Of a stretch of 64,000 nucleotides of DNA, positions 35,514 through 47,800 are shown piece by piece. The notes under the pieces were generated by a model. That model was not told the DNA's origin and searched no databases. It saw only the letters and a list, made by a program, of their open reading frames with translations. Made by a program: the position numbers and the translations under genes. This DNA is from Haliotis cracherodii (taxonomy: Eukaryota), in the NCBI RefSeq assembly GCF_022045235.1, contig NW_027266286.1:19840001-19904000 (forward strand). The letters are read 5' to 3'. The stretch's first letter is position 1, and the number at the start of each line of letters is the position of its first letter.

Positions 35514-38500
35514 ATGACGATCATCAGCCACAGTGCATGCAATAACTTGTCAGTGTCAAAGAGAAATAGAACACGTTTGAACCCACAATTGCAAGAATCA
35601 TCACAGAACACAATAATATATGAATATGACTCCATCAGTGCCAGATATTCATCCATAAATAGAGATGTTAAGACCATTGAATATGGCGGATGGGATTCAA
35701 ACCATCAAAAAACATCGATCCATCATGGAAGAAAGAAAAGTGACGCAACATGGCACAGAGGATGTACAGCTCCTCATCACTGTCAACACAAAAGAACTGA
35801 TGAGTTGTTTAACAACCAGATCACAACCAAGAAGTACGTTGGCAGTACTACCATATTTTACAATGTGTATAAGATGGATTCCGAACCAGAAGGGTGTAAC
35901 ATCAAGGAGGAAGAACCAACCAAATACACAACAATAGTTTATGTTGAGGACAAATGTGACACAAAATCCTCTATCACTGGTAATGAAACTGATACACAAT
36001 GGGAACTATCGAAGCAGTGTTCACAAGAAGGAAGACATTCCGATATAGAACGCAGTGAATTTCGTCATGCATGGCATGTTTCAAAATCTTTAGTCCGACT
36101 GCATTTTAATAATATTGTTATGTGTTCGAATACATCGCTGCTCTTTGAATTATTCCGCAGTCGAGCAGAATCTGAACAGCTTTTTGAAAGCGGTTTCGGG
36201 GATAATAAGTTTGTGAATGATTGGAAAAGAAAGACTCATGTGACAAAAGAAAAGGAAAATGTCTATACATGTTGGAAGCAGTGTCCAGGAAGTATGATGA
36301 ACGATAGACGAGTGAGCTCACACAAGCAAACATTATTCCCTGACATGGAATTTGAAGCGATCAAAGGATTGACTGGTTCTCATACCCCATATGCACATCT
36401 CCCATATCCAAAGGAAAGAAAACATAGCCATCCCTCAGACAGTCGAAGGGCGTCTAGTGGATTGGCAGTTGATACTGGATGGACACACGTTGCAAAGGAA
36501 CGTGGAGCAACGCCACTTGAATGTGATATAAAAGAGACTTCACGCAGAATTAGTGAATTGTGCGCTCTATACAATGTCAGCGATTGTGACTTCCAACAAA
36601 CATACGAAGAGTATGGCGGTACATCTACAACTCAAAATGAAATAAATAAGTACCTGGACCACCATGGCAGTACTTTTCCAGACAAAGACGAGGAATCAGT
36701 CGAGTCTAAACTCCCTTCCAAAGACATTTTTCGTCATATTGATATGAACAGCTATATTCAATCCCTTCAAACACTTACTGTTGCACCGTTTCTTTCTTTA
36801 CAAGGTTACTTTGTAAAGATCGCTAATCATGAACATGTTTCAAATGATGAAAAGATGGCACATGAGGGCTTGAGGCTTGGTTCGTTTTCGGGTATCAATG
36901 TAAACGCATCTTGCATCCGTCTAGCAGCCGCAGGATTCTACGCTACGGGCGATAGGGATGAGACCAGATGTTTCAGTTGCGGAGTCAGACACAGGGGCTG
37001 GCAACAGGGGGACAACATCTTCATCATCCACAAACAGATTTCCCCAACATGTCTTCATGCCATGGGAACTGACCAAACAACTGTGCCGATTAAACCTCCT
37101 CCCATAGCCGACACTACATCACCACCAGTCGCGTTGGCTAATTCATCAGATGACGCTAGTTTGACACTTGTCATGCACAAAGATCCAAACATAATAACCG
37201 CTGCGGATGATACTATGTCAAGCTTGGAGGCCGATTCAATAAGTGGCGCTGGTATCGAATCAGCAACAAGAAGTGCTCGGGAAAATCCTAACTTACACGT
37301 AGTTACATACAACAAATACAAATCATCAGCTGAATCGGTTAAAGATGAAGCCACAGTAGCATCTCCGTCTGTTTCTGATGAAGGTGTACACAGTTCCCCA
37401 CTCCATACAAACCATGAATCTGTCACAGATGACAACATGATAACCTTTCTGCCTGCCTCAAGGGAAGGAGCAGTTAGCGCGCAATTACAAAGAAGGGAGT
37501 CTACTGTACAATCTGATTCAGCAACCGGGACACGATATAACTCAGGACTTCATAAAAAGATATCTTTGAGGTTTGACAATGCCATCTACCCCAACTACTG
37601 TGACATATCAACTAGACTTTCATCCTTCCTACTGTGGCCCAAAGAACATTGCAAGAAACCAGAAGAACTTGTTCAAGTTGGTTTCTTCTATGCAGGTAAA
37701 AACAATGCTTTGATCCACATGGAGGTTGTTACCTTATATGGTCAGAATTTAAACCTGGAATTCAGATTTATAAAATGCTGAATTTCAGTAAGAAAAAATT
37801 CATTTAATAATAATAAGACAAGGTTTATGCTAATGGGAATGAAATGATACCATTATATGATTATAAATACCACAGGTTTAGTTAACTATTAAACAAATTA
37901 ATTCTCCCCCACAGACTTCTCCGACTGTGTGCGATGTTTCGTGTGCGGTATTGGTCTGAAGACGTGGGAGAAGGGAGACAACCCTTGGGTGGAACATGTG
38001 CTTCGGAGGGCGTCTTGTGCCTATGTGAGAGCCATCAAAGGAGAAGCATTTATTACACAGACACTTGCGGAGGAAGGGGAGAGAAGCAGGGTATGTCAGA
38101 TTACCTATTATACTCAACAGGCACATATCTGTCGATATGCACAATAATATTGTTCGGGGTGGGGGTGAAGGATGGGGGACTGGTACATGGTGGTTGTGAG
38201 TGTCACAACAATGGTATGTGTCTCAGACCTACATCAAGCTGACACGACCTGATATAGCAGACATACTGTTCAAAGGGGTGTTAACTGATTCATTCATTCA
38301 CTCCATATTCTATGTCTACTTTCAGGAACGTGACATACCAGAAATCAGAAATCAAGCTGGAAATACGAATGGTAAATTAAAGCGGTTACATATGTATTGT
38401 CCTAAACGTTCGAAATACGTGAGTCCATATGTAGCAACGGTATAATGATGTATTCACACACTACGTGGTACTGTTGACCACTATTGCAGACACTATTATA

Positions 38501-40614
38501 AACACAGACATACATTGTTGCAGTATAGCGTGATGACGTCACCGTTATGATTTCACGTAACGTTATTGTTATCATCTTCTCACGGTTTTCAAAAGGGAAG
38601 AAACCATTTTTCATTTTGAATTAAAGATATAAAGATAGACGTATTACACTTAAGTCTACATCATATTGATTTTACTGTGAAGACATTCGTGTATTTAATC
38701 ACACAGAACACAATTTTCGTAAAAGTGATTGATAATCTCTAACCGCTGTCATATAGCTCGAATATTGCATGGATAGCTCCCTTTAACTGACTCGTATGGT
38801 TATCATCTCAACGCACAATGCCTTAAATAATTAATGAAGATGTATATTTAACATCCACTGTATGCATTTTAATGCCCATTGAATCATTTCTTCATCAGAC
38901 GCTGGGGATGTCCTGGAACGGGAGGCGTGTCAGCGCGCCCTGGAGATGGGCTACAGCAGAGACTGTGTCAGCCAACATGCTCTGGCCATTCTCAGGAACC
39001 AGAGTAAATATAATGTTCTTGTTTCATTCACCATTCGGAGCATATAGACACTCATATAAAATTTCCTTCAAATATGTTATGGTAAAACATATTATAAAGT
39101 TTGTTTCGAATGCATGTTTATATCGAGGGAAAGCTTTAAGCAGGGAAGGTACCGAAAAATGTCTAAGATATTAGTTTTCCGAACATGTATCAATGAAGAC
39201 ATATCATTGAAACATAAGTTGGAAGGTTCTACAGCACTGTTTATACTGCTTCCTCACAGGCCATGTCTCATTGACACTGGATGTCCTGCTCGGGCAGATC
39301 ATGGCAGAGGAGGACCTGGATATGGCTGATTCTGCGGAAGGCGACTACGATGAGCAAACTGCAGCTGCTGGATCGGTGGCAGAGACGACCTCCAGCTCAG
39401 GAACAGAACTGCAAGGGTATAATGAATTAGTGACAATTGATAATGGATATACACAGGACCCAACCCAAACCATCAAAGCTGCAGCTGCAGGATCGAAGAC
39501 TCCGACAATCTCAATCCTAGGTGCAGAACATCAACAAGAACAGAACCAACAAGTCAAACAGAAACATCTTAAAGCTGGTGCAGCGAAAGCAAGAATACCA
39601 ATGGGACATGCTGATGAAACTGTCTCATGGCAGAGACCCAGCAGACAAGCATCTGAGCACACAGTGTCAGACGATGAGGATGAGGGGTATGAGGGGTCCT
39701 CCGCGTCGAAGGGAAATACGTTTCAAAGCTTGCCAGTGATGCCATCCGGAAAAAGAGCCATTACCAAGCAAAAAAAGTCATCCGCTAGGAGAAGTGAGTA
39801 TGAACATTACCTGGATTAAGTTGTACACTAACTTAACACTAACTGAAACGAAGCTTTCAAATGGAAATGGGAAAGCGAGTTGGATTTTAGACCAATTTTA
39901 GCATCATTATAAGCAACATCACGGGGGGGACATCTAGAAAGGCCGTCACACAATGTACATGTGTGGGGAATGTAAAACTGGTTCTTTGGCGTGATGAGCA
40001 AAAGGTTAACCACTGCGGTCCCCACTGCCCCTACCATATCAAATAAAAAACAATACTGGTATATGTCAATGCATCTTAAAATTGCGGTCAGTACGTATGC
40101 TCTGATTGTACTTGTTTTTACCTGAAATTAAGAGACTTTCAGTAATAAGATTTAATATAACTACATTTCGGTACTTGTCGGTACCTAATATTAAATAAGA
40201 ATATATCCTTTTCGAATGTTTATTTATGAAACATATTTTATTGTCCAAAAAGACAAAGGATTTGGGTACAAGTGTTAACTTATTACCGCCTTCTCCCTCA
40301 ATGTTTATGTTTATGGTAAATACCAAATTCATCTGATGAGACATGGCCTAACAGTGAGGTGATATATGTGTTTTTTTGCAGAAAGCACAAAGGAACAATT
40401 GAAGGCCACAGAGGAAGAGACACAGCAGCTGAAAGAGTCGAACTTGTGTAAGATATGTCTGGAGGACCCTGCCAACATCGTTTTCCTCCCTTGTGGGCAT
40501 CTGGTGGCATGTGCGATGTGCGCCCCAGCTCTAGAACGTTGCCCAGTCTGTAGAACACATATCCGGGGATCTGTCCGTGTCCATCTGGCGGCACATCTCA
40601 AGAACAAGACTTAA
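35514..40614 (+). CDS. IAP-6: type-B IAP with ~420-aa N-terminal extension, BIR-BIR-UBA-RING (exons 35514-37695, 37915-38090, 38326-38371, 38899-39003, 39260-39793, 40382-40614)
   Basis: Acceptor TTTTCTAG at 35445. BIR1 CFSC..HKQISPTC. BIR2 GFFYA(G|AC=D)[22 protein letters not shown]-like [50 protein letters not shown] at 40612-40614. Every GT-AG junction keeps the frame. Confidence 0.9.
39872..40035 (-). mobile_element. SINE (family 1), diverged, in IAP-6 intron
   Basis: ATCACGGGGGGGACATCTAGAAAGG...TTGGCGTGATGAGCAAAAGGTTAACCACT. Confidence 0.7.
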
Positions 40615-41437
40615 CAGTCTCAGTCCCTATGCAGTCTCAACGCTGAGCATGGCTAGTTTGACAATGTTCAGACAATCTTCATATATTGAGAAAGTGTATT
40701 CTACTTGATAAATCATGCGGGAGAATGGATTATTCAACTCACGGACACGATTGGCTGCATTTGACATGTTCTGTTGACAGCATGAATTACCCGTAAGTTA
40801 CAAGTTATTCGGAAAAGCTTAAGGTTGGAATAGGTTGCAACTGGAAAATCAACTGTTAGTTTTGTAGGATATACCAGCATTCCATTCATGGTTAGTATGA
40901 ATGCAAGATTCCACCAGTCTTATCAGACACACACGATGATAACACATAACTATCCCAAAGGGGTTATAATTTCCCCAAAGGAGAATGTTTTACAAAGTGG
41001 AAGTCAAGTATTTTCTCGTATGTTTAAATTGTGAAATTTACACATTAAAAACTAATGTCACTTATCATGAATGTTGCGACTCTTGTAGAATTCAGAAAAA
41101 TGTATTTGGTGCATATACTGATTCCTTATACTTGATAATTCGTCCATTGTGACAAAGACATGCAGTGTGTATATGACTACGGTACTGGAACTGTTCATCT
41201 CTGTAGTTACAAAGAAAGTATCTATCATTGATCATACGACTACAATTTGAGCTTTTTTGTACGTGCCTGAAAGAAATAGTCCACTTTAGCACATACATAT
41301 AGCTTATCCTTACTCAATCGTCTCATACCACATCGCTCACTCGTTTGCTCCATTTTTTATGAACATGAACATGTACATGGGGAAAGGATTTTGTCACTTT
41401 TACGTTAAAAAAGGTGAATAGTGGGTAATATGTATTC

Positions 41438-41526
41438 CATCTTCCCGAGGAAAAGGCGTTAACTGACAATAAAAGTCCAGAAGCAGGACTTTTATATTCA
41501 GTTAACGCCCTTGCCTCGGGAAGATG
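41438..41526. repeat. Palindromic (hairpin) element
   Basis: CATCTTCCCGAGGAAAAGGCGTTAACTGACAATAAAAGTCC pairs with GGACTTTTATATTCAGTTAACGCCCTTGCCTCGGGAAGATG around a short loop. Confidence 0.8.
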
Positions 41527-41846
41527 TATGTATTCAGATCATAAGGCTTATGGCGTTAAAATACTGATGTCAAGGAAAGCCACGAATTCCAATGCAACAT
41601 GGTTATAAAATGTAACTGGTACTCATGATGAGTTATGAAATTTCAAACAAGAAAAAGATGTAGTGTTAGAAAATAGATTTATAGATATGCCTCGAATTGT
41701 ATGTATATATTTACTAAAGTAGCCCATCTATTTCAGAAACCGGCACATAGCTCAAATAGTATTTGCACGACCAATTGTAGATAGTTCCTTCACATTCCTG
41801 ACAGAGCCTCAGTGTGCATATATAATAACGATAGTTCTTTCAAATA

Positions 41847-42177
41847 GACCGCCTTCGTGGTCTTGTGGTAGAGCGTCCGCCCGAAGAGCGGAAGGTACGG
41901 AGTTCGATACAAAAAGACGTTAAAAGTTAGTACTTGTTGTTACCCTGTCTGGCGCACGGCATAAAGGGGCTAAAACAAGGACTGGTCGGCTCGGAGTCAG
42001 TATACTGTGTCTGAGTGAGGTATTCATGTTAAACTGCGGCATGGTATCCCAGTTAGCTAGCACTATAAATCGGCATTAATCCGGACTAGTACAAACAGTC
42101 ACACACACACGTACATGCACGTCGCTATATAAGTGCAATAATCTTGGACGCGACGTTAAACCCAATTTCACCTCACC
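41847..42177 (+). mobile_element. SINE (family 2) with 11-bp TSD
   Basis: TSD TCTTTCAAATA at 41836-41846 and 42178-42188; body collinear with 28616-28962. Confidence 0.9.
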
Positions 42178-43189
42178 TCTTTCAAATACCTGAAAGTACC
42201 TCAACTTACATCCATATAATCAATGATGGATTTTAGCCCGCATATACCTGAAAACCGTCGTTTTGTGTCTAATAAATGATGATTTGATCCTTGAGAGTGA
42301 CAATGACTTGACAATGATAGCATATTCATTAAAATGCCTTAATGTGCCTTATATAATGTATATTAGATGAATGATAGATAGGTCCTTCTTATAACCGAAT
42401 GTCCCTTAAACTATATAAATATAAAATCACTGATAGATTCATTTGTTTCAATGAATGTTCCAGAAATTGTATATATATATAGAGAATATACAATAATCAA
42501 TGACAGATTCTAAGATTCTAAGATTCTGTATATAAATATATGTTCAACGATGAATTATGATTTCAAATACCTGATGTTGCCTCATAGATCTTTGTATATT
42601 GTTAGAAGTACAACATTGTTTATATTGTTAGTATATATGCCCAGTATATTTCAAATGACTAATTTATACTTACCAAAATATTGATTCACTGATTTTTCTT
42701 ATTCGGGGTATCAATTGTCACGTGTATGTGTATCATGAATAATTGTCACAAATGTATCATTAGTTACATACGTCACTCACGAACTTCAGCTACAATACTC
42801 TGGAGAACGAAATGTAGATAAGTATTTATATGACTGTATTTTCAGTATCATTTGTGAGAAAGAACTATCATTGTCTATTTTACATTGATTTGATGGACAA
42901 GTTTGAATGCAGTTTGTATTTTCTTGTTGTGACAGTTTGGCAGTGACCAAGTATGGAAACAAGTCGAATTGTAAGACTCATCTCTCATTTTGGTCTGATA
43001 TTATTTCTCATGTTTCTAATGAAACATGCAATGATTTTAGTAAGATCCTGTCAACAACATCCTTTAAATCGTTAAAGACATCTTGGCCCTGTTTCACAAA
43101 TCTATCTTAGCGCTAATGCTGTCATTACATCCAGCAATTGGTCATGTCTTTATTCATAATATATTCCTACATAAGCTAATGTCGACAAA

Positions 43190-43700
43190 TGGACAACATT
43201 GTTTAGTAATATATTTTATGATGCAAATGCTGTCTTTAAATGTATCATTATAACTATCTGATTATGTATATGTTTAAATATGTTCTATTTCGAATTCAAA
43301 ATATGCATACATGATGTTCTCTAAAGATCATTTGTACCATTGGTACACAATATTAACTTGGTAACACAAACATACTGTGTAATAACTTTTCCTTTGTCTG
43401 GGATTAGAATTGGCTTGCCAATGTTTTAGGATTTTTGTCATATCTACCAGTATATCTATTACAACCAGTCACTGGGTATTTGTATTTCAAGCGCAAACTT
43501 ATCAACACTGTTTTGTTCTAACCAGTCTTACAGTCTGTGTATGACATGACACGATGTGATTGAAGATATTGTTTCAATAACCTATTAATGTTCCCTTTTC
43601 GGTACATTTTTATAAGAAGTTAATGTGATTTTTCTGAATGCACCAACCTTAGGTCCACTGAGAGATAAAGTGTCATTGATGAACCATATGCTCATACACA
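43190..43700 (-). mobile_element. Possible highly degraded non-LTR RT fragment
   Basis: Minus-strand remnants PILIPDKGK (~43410) and MIHLKTAFAS (~43235) occur in the order expected for LIPK..YRP..DLKKAFDS. Confidence 0.3.
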
Positions 43701-44847
43701 GGTGTGGGACACACTATGAATCTTAGTATTTAAAGATCCAGACAATGATTAAAATGTATCAGATTCTTTTTCCTTTGTTGATAGGATATATACAAATCGG
43801 TTATTATGTAAGCAAAATAATTCACTATCAACGTTTGCCTTTATAGTTCATATACTTCTGGTGGGTACTGATAATACTATATGATCCTTTTATACATATA
43901 GATGTTTTATATAAACATGGAAATGATCGTGTTGTTTGTTGTATTTAGAGTGTCAAAATAGAGTGTTGTTGTGTCAATTGCTTGCATCTGTCAGGATATA
44001 TTCCTTGCAGGATGTATGGTTTGTATGAAATTGTACTCACTGAAGGAAGATATAATTTCTTCGTTGATTTGTATACACGTGGTGTGTTTTATGGTATTTC
44101 TACGCAATTTAAATCTTCATCTATATATTCAAAGTAATTATACTTGCCTTTAATGAAGTTGTAACACGTTGTGATAGCTTCATCTCACAATAAAATATTT
44201 GCAGATCAAATATGTGTAATTATGTTGTTTTTCTGGTCACGTGTCCTTCATTTAAAACATATTGACCGAATGCACATGTTTCTTTCAAATGACACTACAC
44301 ACGAACAAAGCAAATATGAAAACACATCATCAACAGGGATCAAATTGTTACGTTGAAAAGTAACCGATAAACAAATGTTTGTGGGTATATAAACGAAACC
44401 AAGATTCGTACTTGCTCTTTTATCCGTAATTTAATCAGTAAGGGTAACGAAATCTTTGAGACGAATATGGGCAGATCTAATGCCTGATTTTGAAATAGGA
44501 ATATATATGGAGTGAATATTATTACAATATATTAATATTTGACCCAATTGGCAAATTACCATATTTATACCATATTCACCAGACGTTTGTAATTATGTCT
44601 ACTGAATGAAGATAGATGATAGATGATCTATTGATATGAAATAAGTATACAATGAAATCTTAAGGCGAATTGCTTGGAACTTTCAAATATACGCTTAATT
44701 ACCACGGTCCGGTATAATCAACATTCGACAAGCAACTGAACTATTATTATCATATATAATATGTACATAAAAACTATTACCACATTTCATATAACTTCAA
44801 ATGTCTACTAAAACATTTCAAATGCCATGTCCACGACCCTAGAATAC

Positions 44848-47800
44848 TTCGACTCAGCGAGGTAATGCTGCTATTTGTGTTGCTGTTTTGACTCAGTGAG
44901 GTAGTGCTGCTATTTGTGTTGCTGTTTCGACTCAGCGAGGTAATGCTGCTATTTGTGTTGCTGTTTCGACTCAGCGAGGTAAAGCTACAATTTATGTTGC
45001 TGTTTCGACTCAGTGAGGTAAAGCTGCTATTTGTGTTGCTATATCGACTCAGCGAGGTAAAGCTACTATTTATGTTGCTGTTTCGACTCAGTGAGGTAAA
45101 GCTGCTATTTGTGTTGCCGTTTCGATTCAGCGAGGTAAAGCTACTATTTATGTTGCTGTTTCTACTCAGTGAGGTAAAGCTGCTATTTGTGTTGCTGTTT
45201 CGACTCAGCGAGGTAGTGCTGCTATTTGTGTTGCTGTTTCGACTCAGCGAGGTAATGCTGCTATTTGTGTTGCTGTTTCGACTCAGCGAGGTAGTGCTTC
45301 TATTTGTGTTGCTGTTTCGACTCAGCGAGGTAGTGCTGCTATTTGTGTTGCTGTTTCGACTCAGTGAGGTAAAGCTGCTATTTGTGTTGCTGTTTCGACT
45401 CAGTGAAGTAAAGCTGCTATTTATGTTGCTGTTTCGACTCAGTGAGGTAAAGCTGCTATTTGTGTTGCTGTTTCGACTCAGTGAGGTAAAGCTTCTATTT
45501 ATGAAGCCGTTTCGACTCAATGAGGTAAAGCTGCTATTTATGTTGCTATATCGACTCAGCGAGGTAAAGCTACAATTTATGTTGCTGTTTCGACTCAGCG
45601 AGGTAAAGCTACAATTTATGTTGCTGTTTCTACTCAGTGAGGTAAAGCTGCTATTTGTGTTGCTGTTTCGACTCAGCGAGGTAGTGCTGCTATTTGTGTT
45701 GCTGTTTCGACTCAGCGAGGTAATGCTGCTATTTGTGTTGCTGTTTCGACTCAGCGAGGTAGTGCTTCTATTTGTGTTGCTGTTTCGACTCAGTGAGGTA
45801 AAGCTTCTATTTATGAAGCCGTTTCGACTCAATGAGGTAAAGCTGCTATTTGTGTTGCTATATCGACTCAGCGAGGTAAAGCTACTATTTATGTTGCTGT
45901 TTCGACTCAGTGAGGTAAAGCTGCTATTTGTGTTGCCGTTTCGATTCAGCGAGGTAAAGCTACTATTTATGTTGCTGTTTCTACTCAGTGAGGTAGTGCT
46001 GCTATTTGTGTTGCTGTTTCGACTCAGCGAGGTAGTGCTGCTATTTGTGTTGCTGTTTCGACTCAGCGAGGTAATGCTGCTATTTGCTTTTTCTGTTTCG
46101 ACTCAACGAGGTAAAGCTACTATTTATGTTGCTGTTTTGACTCAGTGAGGTAAAGCAACTATTTATGTTGCTGTTTCGACTCGGCGAGATAAAGCTTCTA
46201 TTCATGTTGCTCTTTCGACTCAGCGAGGTAAGGCTACTGTTTATGTTGCTATTTCGACTCCGCGAGGTAGAGCTTTTATTTATGTTGCTCTTTCGACTCA
46301 GTGAGGTAAAGCTGCTATTTGTGTTGCTGTTTCGACTCAGTGAGGTAAAGCTACAATTTATGTTGCTGTTTCGACTCAGTGAGGTAAAGCTGCTATTTAT
46401 GTTGCTGTTTCGACTCAGTGAGGTAAAGCTGCTATTTATGTTGCCGTTTCGATTCAGCGAGGTAAAGCTACTATTTATGTTGCTGTTTCTACTCAGTGAG
46501 GTAAAGCTGCTATTTGTGTTGCTGTTTCGACTCAGCGAGGTAGTGCTGCTATTTGTGTTGCTGTTTCGACTCAGCGAGGTAAAGCTGCTATTTGTGTTGC
46601 TGTTTCGACTCAGCGAGGTAGTGCTTCTATTTGTGTTGCTGTTTCGACTCAGCGAGGTAGTGCTGCTATTTGTGTTGCTGTTTCGACTCAGCGAGGTAGT
46701 GCTGCTATTTTCTATTTCTGTTTCGACTCAACGAGGTAAAGCTACTATTTATGTTGCTGTTTTGACTCACAGAGGTAAAGCAACTATTTATGTTGCTGTT
46801 TCGACTCGGCGAGATAAAGCTTCTATTCATGTTGCTGTTTCGACTCAGTGAGGTAAAGCTGCTATTTGTGTTGCTGTTTCGACTCAGTGAGGTAAAGCTA
46901 CAATTTATGTTGCTGTTTCGATTCAGTGAGGTAAAGCTGCTATTTGTGTTGCTGTTTCGACTCAGTGAAGTAAAGCTGCTATTTATGTTGCTGTTTCGAC
47001 TCAATGAGGTAAAGCTGCTATTTGTGTTGCTGTTTCGACTCAGTGAGGTAAAGCTTCTATTTATGAAGCCGTTTCGACTCAATGAGGTAAAGCTGCTATT
47101 TATGTTGCTATATCGACTCAGCGAGGTAAAGCTACAATTTATGTTGCTGTTTCTACTCAGTGAGGTAAAGCTGCTATTTGTGTTGCTGTTTCGACTCAGC
47201 GAGGTAGTGCTGCTATTTGTGTTGCTGTTTCGACTCAGCGAGGTAATGCTGCTATTTGTGTTGCTGTTTCGACTCAGCGAGGTAGTGCTTCTATTTGTGT
47301 TGCTGTTTCGACGCAGTGAGGTAAAGCTTCTATTTATGAAGCCGTTTCGACTCAATGAGGTAAAGCTGCTATTTGTGTTGCTATATCGACTCAGCGAGGT
47401 AAAGCTACTATTTATGTTGCTGTTTCGACTCAGTGAGGTAAAGCTGCTATTTGTGTTGCTATATCGACTCAGCGAGGTAAAGCTACTATTTATGTTGCTG
47501 TTTCGACTCAGTGAGGTAAAGCTGCTATTTGTGTTGCCGTTTCGATTCAGCGAGGTAAAGCTACTATTTATGTTGCTGTTTCTACTCAGTGAGGTAAAGC
47601 TGCTATTTGTGTTGCTGTTTCGACTCAGCGAGGTAGTGCTGCTATTTGTGTTGCTGTTTCGACTCAGCGAGGTAATGCTGCTATTTGCTTTTTCTGTTTC
47701 GACTCAACGAGGTAAAGCTACTATTTATGTTGCTGTTTTGACTCAGTGAGGTAAAGCAACTATTTATGTTGCTGTTTCGACTCGGCGAGATAAAGCTTCT

